From an uncultured archaeon (GTDB taxonomy: Archaea > Thermoplasmatota > Thermoplasmata > Thermoplasmatales > Thermoplasmataceae), in the NCBI GenBank assembly GCA_000965745.1, contig CP009479.1, forward strand, positions 1,632,001-1,696,000: a stretch of DNA of 64,000 nt, written 5' to 3'. Positions 30,032-39,478 of the stretch are shown here, in pieces (within the stretch, counting starts at the first letter, position 1; each line of letters opens with the position of its first letter). A model generated the notes under the pieces. The model searched no databases. It saw only the letters and a list, made by a program, of their open reading frames with translations, and was not told where the DNA came from. The position numbers and the translations under genes were made by a program.

Positions 30032-31036
30032 ATGGCAAACGTCCCAATAAGTCTAGCGATGGCAGACTATGATAGAACGAAAGCACTTATCGAAGGATTC
30101 CACAAGCCAGTCGGAATAGACCTTACATATGTCGTATCCCCACCATCGGAAACTTTCTGGAGAATGCTCAGATTTGCAGAGTTCGAGGCATCCGAAATGT
30201 CACTTTCAACCTTTCTGATTTCTAAATCCCAGGGCAGAAAATGGAAGGCAATACCCGTATTTCCTTTCAGGGGTTTTTTCCACACCAACATATTTGTATC
30301 AAGGAAGTCAAGTGTAAAAGAGCCCGAGGACCTGAAGGGAAAGAAGTTCGGTGTCCCTGAGTACCAGGTAACAGCAGCTGTCTGGCTGAGGGGAGCCCTC
30401 GAAGAAGATTTCGGGGTTGCACCTCAGGATATGACGTGGTACGTGGAACGCAAGAAAGGCCTCAGCCACGGCGGTGAAACTTCTTTCAAGCCTCCTGAAG
30501 GGGTTAAAATTGAGCAGGTTCCAGAGGGAGAAACGCTTGACTCAATGATAAGATCCGGGAAACTAGATGCCATAATGCCCAGCCCATATCCGGGCATGAA
30601 ATCGCTGTTGAATAAGACCGATTATCTGGAGCTGAGTAAATCGGATGAAGTCAGGCTGCTTTTTGATGACCCAGTGGAGGAAGGTAGGAGATTCTTCAAA
30701 AAGCATGGATATAGCCACATAAACCACACTGTGATAGTGAGGGATGATGTGGTAGAGAAGTATCCATGGGTCCCACTTAACCTCTATAAGGCCTTTGAAG
30801 AGTCCAAAATAATCTCAAACCAGAAACTTGACAAGATGATCAAATCTAGTCTAGTCTTCGGATTTCCATACCTGATGAAAGAGAGGGAGATATTCGGAGG
30901 AGATGCGTTTCCTTATGGTATGGACAGGAACAGGAAAGCTCTGGAAGAATTGGTTCAGATGTCGGTTAATCAAGGACTTACCTCTAAGCCCCTAGATCTG
31001 GATTCCCTCTTCTATGAAGATACGTTGAATGCTTAA
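30032..31036 (+). CDS. 4,5-Dihydroxyphthalate decarboxylase-like protein (periplasmic binding protein fold)
   Basis: DYDRT, ETFWRML..EFEASEMSLS, IPVFPFRGFFH, GVPEYQVTA, INHTVIVR, FPYG. Confidence 0.82.
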   Translation: MANVPISLAMADYDRTKALIEGFHKPVGIDLTYVVSPPSETFWRMLRFAEFEASEMSLSTFLISKSQGRKWKAIPVFPFRGFFHTNIFVSRKSSVKEPEDLKGKKFGVPEYQVTAAVWLRGALEEDFGVAPQDMTWYVERKKGLSHGGETSFKPPEGVKIEQVPEGETLDSMIRSGKLDAIMPSPYPGMKSLLNKTDYLELSKSDEVRLLFDDPVEEGRRFFKKHGYSHINHTVIVRDDVVEKYPWVPLNLYKAFEESKIISNQKLDKMIKSSLVFGFPYLMKEREIFGGDAFPYGMDRNRKALEELVQMSVNQGLTSKPLDLDSLFYEDTLNA

Positions 31037-31151
31037 TTCCTGACCATTTTTAACCAATTTTTTTTGTTATGCCCTATAATTGCTGATAAACTGAGTATAT
31101 TACAATATAGTGGTGAGGTAAATTTATAATATTTCTTGATATCAATCCTTT

Positions 31152-32210
31152 ATGGAACAAAAACTAACTGATCTACTGGAAGAACTGCCGAAGAATAACT
31201 ACAACACATATTATCAGTCTTCAGCAGGCAGGGGAAAACACAAGACAATAATGTCAACAATACCTTCACCCATAGCAGAACCCTTCAGTTGGGACTACGA
31301 AAGGACAAAAGAATTCCTCTACCGCCTTAGTGAAATCCTGACCCCGGAAGAAGCGGAAAGACTCAATATACAGTTTGAAAACCCATCGCTGAAAGACATA
31401 GTGCCTGCAGCCCTTGCACCTACCGTCAGGGGCGGAATACAGCTGCTGAAGCCAGGTCAGAAGGCACCAACTCATAAGCATTCCCCCAATGCCTTCAGGC
31501 TGATCCTGGAAGCTCCTGCCGATGATGCATACACTGTTGTTAACGGAGTGGAACTTCCAATGCACACCGGAGACCTCGTCCTGACCCCCAACTGGACGTG
31601 GCATGACCATCATAATGACAGCAGTGGCGACGTCATATGGTTTGACGGGCTTGACATAATATTTGTTTACTGGATAGGCGGTGTGTTTTACTCTCTGCCC
31701 AAAGGTGAGAAATCACCCAATACAGTTGCGGAGGACGGCAATGATAATTTCAACGAGTATGGAAGCGGGCTGGTACCTGACACAGTGCACGGAGAGCTCG
31801 ATTACGATCCGATGTTTTACTACCCGTATGAAAAGGCCAGGCAGGCCCTCGTGTCCCTTGCAAAGACAAGAACCGGGGAGAGCAGTGTGACCCTTGAATA
31901 TACAAACCCGATAACCGGGGGGCCTGTATTTCCCTCGATGGGCCTCAAGCTTACCATGGTGAGGGGAGGCAAGACGACTCCATTAATTCAAAGAACTGAA
32001 AACAAGGTCGTCATTTGCATGGAGGGCGAAGGAGAAATAACACTTTCATCAGGCAAAAAGATTGAGCTCAAATCTCACAACGTTGCAGTCATTCCTTCAT
32101 GGGAACAGCACCGGATAAGTTCAGGAAGTTCGGACCTTGTTCTGTTTACATATTCGGATGAGCCGATTTTCAGGGCCATGAAACTGTTTAGAGAGAACCT
32201 CTCTAAATAA
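31152..32210 (+). CDS. Gentisate 1,2-dioxygenase-like cupin (paralogue 2)
   Basis: GGIQLLKPGQKAPTHKHSPNAFRLILE, GDLVLTPNWTWHDH, WFDGLD, YTNPITGG, YSDEP. Confidence 0.9.
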   Translation: MEQKLTDLLEELPKNNYNTYYQSSAGRGKHKTIMSTIPSPIAEPFSWDYERTKEFLYRLSEILTPEEAERLNIQFENPSLKDIVPAALAPTVRGGIQLLKPGQKAPTHKHSPNAFRLILEAPADDAYTVVNGVELPMHTGDLVLTPNWTWHDHHNDSSGDVIWFDGLDIIFVYWIGGVFYSLPKGEKSPNTVAEDGNDNFNEYGSGLVPDTVHGELDYDPMFYYPYEKARQALVSLAKTRTGESSVTLEYTNPITGGPVFPSMGLKLTMVRGGKTTPLIQRTENKVVICMEGEGEITLSSGKKIELKSHNVAVIPSWEQHRISSGSSDLVLFTYSDEPIFRAMKLFRENLSK

Positions 32211-32239
32211 ACATATTTTCTTGAGCCATACTCCGTAGT

Positions 32240-33037
32240 TCACAAGGAATTCTTCTTCAGGAACCCGGAGATGGTTTCAGAGTAAAGCTCAGGAATGTCA
32301 TAGGAACAGAAATGGGCCGCGTTTTCAAAAATTTTCAGCTCCGATCCCTTTATCTCAGCATTCATTTTTTCCGACAGGGGCAGAGGTGTAAACGCATCCT
32401 CCCTTCCCACCATTATCAGCGTTGGCACATTGATTGTGGTCAGCAATTCGATATCGTCGGGTTTGTCGATCATTGCCTGAAGAGTTTCTTTTACCGCATC
32501 TTCCGTTATGTCAAGGCTAAGAAGCTTCATGCAGTCCATTACCCAGGGGCGGTCCTCACGTGTTTTTTCAGCCAGTCTTCTTGAAGTGTTCTCAACGAAC
32601 TTTCCCAGCCCGTTTTCCTCTATGAACCTTATCTGGCTTCTTCTCCTTTCCTTTATATCTTCGGAGTCCGGATCAGCTTTAGTTCCACTCAATACCAAAC
32701 CCGAGACTAATGAGCTATCCTGTTTCCATATTCTCAGGGCGACGTATCCGCCAAGAGAAGCGCCTATGATGCATACTTTATCGACACCAAGGTGTTTCAA
32801 CAAGGATATTGCGTCCCGGGCAAATTGGTCAATGTTGTGATTTTCTCTCTTGAAGCCAGATTGGCCATGACCCCTCAAGTCCATGGCTATGACCCTGTAA
32901 CCCTTGGAGCGGAAGTAGCTTAGCTGCTCAGACCACATTAGTTTAGACTGGTCGAAGCTATGCAAAAAAAGGAGGGCGTTTCCATTGCCTGAGTCGTAAT
33001 AAGATATGTCTACATCTCCAGTACTGAATGACGGCAT
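32240..33037 (-). CDS. Alpha/beta hydrolase (enol-lactonase/deformylase-like)
   Basis: LLFLH, DLRGHGQS, GASLGG nucleophile elbow, VGREDAFTP, NAAH. Confidence 0.9.
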   Translation of the reverse strand: MPSFSTGDVDISYYDSGNGNALLFLHSFDQSKLMWSEQLSYFRSKGYRVIAMDLRGHGQSGFKRENHNIDQFARDAISLLKHLGVDKVCIIGASLGGYVALRIWKQDSSLVSGLVLSGTKADPDSEDIKERRRSQIRFIEENGLGKFVENTSRRLAEKTREDRPWVMDCMKLLSLDITEDAVKETLQAMIDKPDDIELLTTINVPTLIMVGREDAFTPLPLSEKMNAEIKGSELKIFENAAHFCSYDIPELYSETISGFLKKNSL

Positions 33038-33128
33038 ACTTTGCAATATGATAGATTTATTAGAAATTATTGATTGATAGCTACTAAAATTTTCCTCATG
33101 TGCTGCTTCGCTGGAATGTCACCTGTCG

Positions 33129-34145
33129 CTAAAGCTCAATCTTCAAAAGACGCATAGCAGTCTTTGAAAAAAGGTTCTCAAGTGCTTCACCATCAAGCCC
33201 AAGGTGCTCAATAAGGCCGGGGTAATTGGCCATTCTGACTTTACCTCCATCCGGACCCCATGGATAATCCGTGGAGAAGATCATTTTTTCCTGGCCTACA
33301 ACGTCCAGGCCCAGCTTGAGTGCGGAAAGGTTTCCGCCTATAGCTGTGTCATAATAGAAACTGTCCAGGTAGTCTTTGGGGTTATACCCCTCTACTCCAT
33401 AGGACTCTCCCCTGACATTCAATACCTTGGACGCTTTGGAATCGTACGATTCCTGTATTCTGCCGATCATATACGGAATTACGCCCCCGAGATGGTGCGT
33501 TATGATCTTCAAGCTGGGAAATTTCGAAAGTATGCCGGACAGCATGAGCCGCATCCAGATAAGGCCCGTTTCATAGGGCCAACCGAGAACATGCATAAGA
33601 TCATATTCCTGCTCATAGCTGCGGCTGTTTTTCCCATATGTATCCACCGGATGTATATAGACTGGGACATCCAGCTTCGCAGCCCTTTCCCACGCTAGCC
33701 CAAAGTTGTCAACTGGCACCCCGCAGGCATTTGTTGGAACCATGAATCCCTTAAGGCCCAGTTCCCTGATTGCACGATCCATTTCTTCAAGACCGCCCTC
33801 TTCCAGAGAGTTAAGCGGAATGCTTCCTACGCCCATAATTCTTCCATGGGTATCCGATTCCAGTGCACTGATCTCGTCATTAATTACCCGGACAAGCCTT
33901 AGATTTTCCTCATTAGTAAGCTCGAAAGTGTTTGGCTCGATGATGCTGTGCACCATGGTCACCTGGGCCGCAAACCCAAACTGATCCATCTCCTTGATCC
34001 TGAATTCGGGGTCAATGAAACTCTTATTTTGTGAAGAGAGGTCCATAACGTGTCTTGCTTCGGCAACAGCAGACCCGTTCTTGACAGTACTGAGCTCTTT
34101 CACATAATTTGGAGGTGTCCAGTGAGTGTAAGCATCTAAAATCAT
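33129..34145 (-). CDS. Amidohydrolase_2-family protein (ACMSD-like decarboxylase/hydratase)
   Basis: ILDAYTH, PVYIHP, GWPYET, ITHHLGG, FYYDTA, FSTDYPW; ATG at 34145. Confidence 0.88.
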   Translation of the reverse strand: MILDAYTHWTPPNYVKELSTVKNGSAVAEARHVMDLSSQNKSFIDPEFRIKEMDQFGFAAQVTMVHSIIEPNTFELTNEENLRLVRVINDEISALESDTHGRIMGVGSIPLNSLEEGGLEEMDRAIRELGLKGFMVPTNACGVPVDNFGLAWERAAKLDVPVYIHPVDTYGKNSRSYEQEYDLMHVLGWPYETGLIWMRLMLSGILSKFPSLKIITHHLGGVIPYMIGRIQESYDSKASKVLNVRGESYGVEGYNPKDYLDSFYYDTAIGGNLSALKLGLDVVGQEKMIFSTDYPWGPDGGKVRMANYPGLIEHLGLDGEALENLFSKTAMRLLKIEL

Positions 34146-34312
34146 CAGACCACGAATATCCTGAAAAATATTAAAATGTGGCATGTGGAAAATGATGTCC
34201 TTTCACCCAAGCATTTTATCTTGATATGCGGCGTATTTCAAAAAATGATCAAGGATTCATAGCAATAAAAAAGGGGACCTCAAATGGGTCCACCTTAAAA
34301 GTTTCCAGAGGA

Positions 34313-35656
34313 TTAATTTGCCACTATTTCCTCCTTATAAGTCTCCTTGATGAAGAACAGAGCCATCAAAGCCACAATGTTCAGTCCGGCCATAAGCAAG
34401 CCAATGTATGGCCAGGCATGCGAAGGACCATGCAGAAGGGACAGAATAGCGGGAGCTGCCACAGCTGTCACAAGACCGGCGAGCAGCTGCCCAAAGTTGT
34501 AGCTCAAAGTCACCCCGGAATACCTGACCCTTGAGGCAAACTGTTCAGCGAACAGGGAAGCCACTATGGCTATCTGTACACTGGCAGTTCCGTACATTAT
34601 GATTTCGTCAATTATCAGCAGGGGCAGCGTCGGTTTCACCGATAGGATGTACAGATACGGAACGGACCATATGATTACGAGAATCATGCCCAGCCTCATA
34701 GCTAAAAGCCTGCCTTTCCTGTCCGCAAGCTGTCCCGCGAAGACCTTGATTATTATGCCGACAATGGCAGCAATACCGAGGGCAAAAAGCGCATAGATAG
34801 GCGACAATCCCTGGCTTGCAATAAAACCTGGCGTGAATGCAGCCAGTTCAAATATTGCACCTGCTGAGGCCGCCTGAACAACCATCAGAACAATGATTTC
34901 CTTCCAGTGCGATTTAAAGACCTTCAGTGCAGGGAGGCTCTCTGTTCTTTTAGTTTCCTGAAGTTCCGAGAATATCTTAGTATCGGTGATCTTGAGGCGT
35001 ATGATCAGGGCAGCAATTATTCCAAGTGCCCCTATGTAAAAGAGTATTCTCCATCCCTGAGTGAATACATAACTGTGAGGAAGAGAGGTGATCATGAAGA
35101 ACAATATCAATGCAGGGGCTGTAACGCTTGCGGATTGTCCTATGCCAAGTGCGCTTCCCCACAAACCTCTTCTCTTTGATTTGGCAGCACTCTCCACGAT
35201 CCATGCTCCATCCCCGACCATTGTTCCAATACCCATTCCTGCAATGAACCTGAAGACTATCAGCAATATGATACTGGTCACTCCCAGAACGGAGAAGCCA
35301 GGGAGCAAAGAAATGCCTATTGCACCTGCTGCAGTGGTACCTAATGCAACTGCACCGACATTTCTCCTGCCACTTGTATCTCCATACTGGCCGAATATGA
35401 AAGCTCCGATAATTCCAGCCACATACCCTACTACATACGTGCTGAGACCCAGAAACAGGCCCAGATCAGGCGCTACGCTAGGAAAAAACAGACTCGGCCA
35501 TATTATACCGGAAACAAGTGCAGATGCTATGTTGTTGTAGTTGTGGAAAAATATGCTGACGAAAGACCCTCCAGTCGTTCTCCACGTACTGCTGTACTTA
35601 TACTTTTCAGTTCGCCCACTATCAAAGGCGTCCCCGGAAACATCCTGATTTTTCAG
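34313..35656 (-). CDS. MFS transporter (metabolite:H+ symporter type); start codon uncertain
   Basis: FGQYGDTSGRR, GWRILFYIG, LFAEQFASRVRYSG; the frame stays open 78 codons upstream of the called GTG and encodes TM1-2 (...WPSLFFP...). Confidence 0.8.
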   Translation of the reverse strand: MKNQDVSGDAFDSGRTEKYKYSSTWRTTGGSFVSIFFHNYNNIASALVSGIIWPSLFFPSVAPDLGLFLGLSTYVVGYVAGIIGAFIFGQYGDTSGRRNVGAVALGTTAAGAIGISLLPGFSVLGVTSIILLIVFRFIAGMGIGTMVGDGAWIVESAAKSKRRGLWGSALGIGQSASVTAPALILFFMITSLPHSYVFTQGWRILFYIGALGIIAALIIRLKITDTKIFSELQETKRTESLPALKVFKSHWKEIIVLMVVQAASAGAIFELAAFTPGFIASQGLSPIYALFALGIAAIVGIIIKVFAGQLADRKGRLLAMRLGMILVIIWSVPYLYILSVKPTLPLLIIDEIIMYGTASVQIAIVASLFAEQFASRVRYSGVTLSYNFGQLLAGLVTAVAAPAILSLLHGPSHAWPYIGLLMAGLNIVALMALFFIKETYKEEIVAN

Positions 35657-35932
35657 ATAAGTTCACCGGAAACCGTATCGACCAGTATTATTAAATATTA
35701 TTCTTCTAAAATTTTATTAGCCTTATGTTGTTCAAATGAAGCATGAAGGACATGCATATCCAAAGTTCTGTGGCTATTCTTCCCACTATCATGCTGCTTT
35801 TGGTGCAGGTACCTCCAACAAGCAAGTATTAAATATTTGAAAACACATTAATTGTTTAACTACGGGACTGAACTGTATAGCACTCACCCTCGCAAGTTGA
35901 AGGGACAGTAACCGTACTTGAAAGGGAATAGT

Positions 35933-36451
35933 ATGAGGGTCAGAGATCTTATTATCGAAGACATACCGAAAGCGGATGTTTCTACAAGCATCCTTGATGC
36001 CTGCACGATCATGATAGAGAGACGTGTGACAGGAGTAGCTGTTTACCAGGACGGGCAGCCGATAGGCATGGTTACGGAGAGATCACTTCTAAGAAGGTTT
36101 GTTCCATTAAATAAGCCCCCAGACAAAGTTTCCTGCAGAGAAGTAATGGTTCCAATGCTGAAGGTAAGCTCAAAAGCCACAGTCAGAGACGCGGTTGATC
36201 TGCTGATAAAAAATGGGAGAACGAGGCTCGCAGTGTACAATGATGGGGAGTTCAAGGGCTGGGTTCTGCTTTCCGATTTGGTTCCCTATGCGATGAAAAG
36301 AGACATGATTCACATGTTCGGATTCCATGGCATGGAAAAGGGACATGATATAATGTGCCCTTCCTGCCAGTCTGAATACCTTGCCATGTCTGTTATGGAG
36401 GACGGCGTAACGGTTAGGTGGGAATGCCCCAAATGCGGGCATACCGAGTAA
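35933..36451 (+). CDS. CBS-pair protein with a C-terminal zinc ribbon
   Basis: MRVRDLI..., IGMVTERSLL, GWVLLSDL; CPSC...WECPKCGHTE. Confidence 0.85.
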   Translation: MRVRDLIIEDIPKADVSTSILDACTIMIERRVTGVAVYQDGQPIGMVTERSLLRRFVPLNKPPDKVSCREVMVPMLKVSSKATVRDAVDLLIKNGRTRLAVYNDGEFKGWVLLSDLVPYAMKRDMIHMFGFHGMEKGHDIMCPSCQSEYLAMSVMEDGVTVRWECPKCGHTE

Positions 36452-36530
36452 TTTCATAATCCGATCAGGATCATATCTGCATTGGAAGATCCTGTTAGCC
36501 TTCAAAACATTCTTTATAAATTCAATTTAA

Positions 36531-36800
36531 CAAAATTGAGCGGGAAATCCCCTTCCGAAAGGGAGGGATGAAAGTGAAATCTTTTCCTATTTTCCAGAAA
36601 CAACACGTGGCTCACCAGCAGACAGAATGGAAGAAGGGTCGGATAACGTGTAGCTCCATGCGTTCCTGTGTCCGTAAAGTCGAATGGATAAGTGTGGAAG
36701 GCAAAGTACCCCCGGGCCGGAGGGAATTCATGCCTGCGGAGGTTCCGCTGGTAACCGTGGAAGCAGGAAGCCCCTTTCGAAGGATAGGGGAGGAGGTCAC
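36531..36800 (+). mobile_element. Non-autonomous IS200/IS605 derivative, copy 2
   Basis: Follows TTAA (36527-36530) and ends in TCAC; 8 substitutions and 1 indel versus 5987-6257 by manual alignment. Confidence 0.85.
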
Positions 36801-36861
36801 CTGGTTGCCCTTATATTTTAGGCTCACCCTATTTGTGAAAAACACTCATTATGGCTCTGCC

Positions 36862-38226
36862 ATGATTCCAATGGATCTTTTTGACAGGTTTCTGTTCGCC
36901 TTCACAATAGGTTCCCATATAATCCTGGTGACTATGAGCATAACTCTGATAGTTCTTATTTCTGCATCGGAGTTCATCGGTACCCGGAATAACAATTCCT
37001 ACTACATGGCTCTCTCAAGGAGGCTTACCAAGGTCTTTGTTGTTTCGTTCGGAGTCGGGACTGCCAGCGGAATTGTCATGGCCGTGGAGCTTGTAAACCT
37101 GTTCCCCGGTTTTATGACATTGGTTTCCAAAACAGGTGTAATAGCCCTGTTTTATGCTGAGGTTTTCGCCTTTTTCCTTGAGACAATGGCCCTGGTTATC
37201 TATGTATATTACAGAAATGCGTTCAAGGGGAAATACACCCACTGGGTCATATCATTGTTTGTAGGTGCGGGGACAATAGGCTCTGCTGTTTTCATAACGA
37301 TGGTGAATGCCTGGATGAACAGCCCCAACGGATTCAACATACCCTTGTATGTATCTTCCGGCACTCTTTCTTCAATAAATCCATGGGCCCCCTTCATCAC
37401 GCCCACAACACTTGCACAGGTGGCACACGTCATAACAACAACGATATTCACCGGTTCGATGTTTATAGGCGCATATTTTGCCCTTAGGTATATCAGGACT
37501 AAAGACCCTGATGAAAAGACATTCTTCAGGGGCGGCCTTAAGCTGTCCGGAGCAATGTCAATAGTTTTCATAATTCTTTCAGGCCTTACCGGGAGCCATG
37601 AAATGGGCACTCTTCTTGTGAACCAACCGTTAAAGTATGCTGCACTGGACCTGAACCTGCATCCCGGGTCAGGGATGCCTGAAAGGCTCTTCGGCTACCT
37701 GGTCAACGGCCAGTTTGTCGGAGGGCTGGAAATTCCCAATATCCAGGCTCTCCTCGCACAGTTTGAGACTGGGATTAGCTACCTCCCCGGCCTTCTCCAG
37801 TATCCCCAGACGGATTGGCCTCCTCTATGGGTTCACACAACATTCGACATCATGGTTACAGGAGGGCTACTTCTTGGCCTGTTCCTGTTCATTTACTTTG
37901 TTATGTGGGCAATGAAGAAGAAACCATACGAGAAAAGATTCATTCTTTACGGGCAGGGAGTGCTTGGTGCTGCATCTTTGATCGTGTACGAACTGGGGTG
38001 GATCACTGACGAGGTTGGAAGGCAGCCCTGGATTGTCTACAACGTCATGAGGGTAAGTTCTGCAGCTAACTACACTACCACTCTGCTTGTTCCGGGGCTG
38101 TTCATAGTTGCATTCTATATCTTCCTGATTCCCGTAACCTTCTACTTCTTCTCGAGGGTATTCAACGGAACTCCGCTTTCGGTTGAATTGAAGAAAGGTT
38201 TTGAAGAAGGGGGTGTGAACTATTAA
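36862..38226 (+). CDS. cydA: Cytochrome bd ubiquinol oxidase subunit I
   Basis: FTIGSHII (His ligand), FGVGTASG, EVFAFFLE, NAWMNSP, QPLKYAA, GWITDEVGRQPW. Confidence 0.95.
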   Translation: MIPMDLFDRFLFAFTIGSHIILVTMSITLIVLISASEFIGTRNNNSYYMALSRRLTKVFVVSFGVGTASGIVMAVELVNLFPGFMTLVSKTGVIALFYAEVFAFFLETMALVIYVYYRNAFKGKYTHWVISLFVGAGTIGSAVFITMVNAWMNSPNGFNIPLYVSSGTLSSINPWAPFITPTTLAQVAHVITTTIFTGSMFIGAYFALRYIRTKDPDEKTFFRGGLKLSGAMSIVFIILSGLTGSHEMGTLLVNQPLKYAALDLNLHPGSGMPERLFGYLVNGQFVGGLEIPNIQALLAQFETGISYLPGLLQYPQTDWPPLWVHTTFDIMVTGGLLLGLFLFIYFVMWAMKKKPYEKRFILYGQGVLGAASLIVYELGWITDEVGRQPWIVYNVMRVSSAANYTTTLLVPGLFIVAFYIFLIPVTFYFFSRVFNGTPLSVELKKGFEEGGVNY

Positions 38227-39166
38227 CGGCATATTTTTCATAAATTTCTTCGTTTTCTCAATATTCGCTGCCCTGCTCATAACCGAGCTGATGGGATCAG
38301 TACTCCTTCTCCTCTTCTGGAAAGCTTCAAGCAAGAGGGTCCTGGATTACATAGTGCCAATCTGGGAAGTGACGGGCACCTTCGGTGCTTTCTGGGTAGT
38401 TATCACCGATTTCGCATTTCCCAACATACTCATTCCTGCCTCAAAGCTGTATGCGGTCGCACTAATGCTGTTCCTGATCCTGTTCGTAGCCAGAAATTCC
38501 ACGATAGTGTTCGGGGAATACATCATAAAGAAACGCTGGCTCGACCATAAGAAATTATACCAGATGTACTCGCTTTCAACAATTGCACTGGGGATAATAG
38601 CACTGACAATATTCTCCTCAATAATCAGCGGCAGCGGAATAAACATCGAGGCCGGATATTTCTCAGTCCCACAGTGGATAGGTTCCGCGGGAAGCATACC
38701 TTTCATTCTTGGCGCCCTTCTGATAGGTGTTGGGCTCGCACCCGTATTCTATGGGCTGCACCCGTTCAGGAAGATTACCCTGCCGGTAACGGCTGCTGGC
38801 GTTGCACTCTCTTCCATTTCATTCTACTTTTCCTCTCCTGGCCTGGTAACTCCTCTGATTGCTGTTCCCATAGTCCTGACCATTCTTGTCCCGGTACTGT
38901 TCATGTATCAAAAGACTGCTGCACTTGTTTCCAACAAGCTTGTATTCTCCATTGTCGCGACTGCAATACTCTTTTCAATGAGCTTTCTCGTGTACCCGAC
39001 AGCTTTCGGGAGAACCCTCAATGTGGATGACTTCACTACATCCGGGCCGATGTCTGGAGCTTTCCTGATAATCACAGCAGTAGGCGGAATCATGCTGGCA
39101 GTGATGGTCTATTTCTATCTAGTTGCGGTCAAGAGATCTCAGCTCGCCAGGGAACCTGCAGCTTGA
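38222..39166 (+). CDS. cydB: Cytochrome bd oxidase subunit II (archaeal type); probable non-canonical start
   Basis: Directly after cydA; PIWEVTGTF resembles the CydB PxW motif; 8-9 TM segments; frame open from 38219. Confidence 0.75.
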   Translation: MNGIFFINFFVFSIFAALLITELMGSVLLLLFWKASSKRVLDYIVPIWEVTGTFGAFWVVITDFAFPNILIPASKLYAVALMLFLILFVARNSTIVFGEYIIKKRWLDHKKLYQMYSLSTIALGIIALTIFSSIISGSGINIEAGYFSVPQWIGSAGSIPFILGALLIGVGLAPVFYGLHPFRKITLPVTAAGVALSSISFYFSSPGLVTPLIAVPIVLTILVPVLFMYQKTAALVSNKLVFSIVATAILFSMSFLVYPTAFGRTLNVDDFTTSGPMSGAFLIITAVGGIMLAVMVYFYLVAVKRSQLAREPAA

Positions 39167-39478
39167 GCCATCAATCATAAGTTCATAGCATGCAGGGCTG
39201 CCAGGTTCATCTGTAATTCAGCAAACTATCCAACCCGGCTGATGCGTTAAACTGCCAAGGGAATGGTAGAGGGCTGTTATCGGCCAGAATTGCTGGGACC
39301 TGTTCCAGCGCATCAGAATCATACAAGACTGTGCACCCGGCATTTGCGGGAATCATCGATACATCCACCCCTATTTACGGACCTTTTGAAAGGACTGAAC
39401 AATAGCAGGCCATATATTATCTGCATAATCTTAATTATTAAGTGTAGAGCTTTAACTTGAAGCTGCGATTCATTGTCT

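Noticed and set aside
36568-36861. 98-aa N-terminal extension of CydA in the ORF track
   Set aside because: Most of it is read through the mini-element and the same peptide appears at 6115..6306. CydA homology starts at 36862 or 36871.
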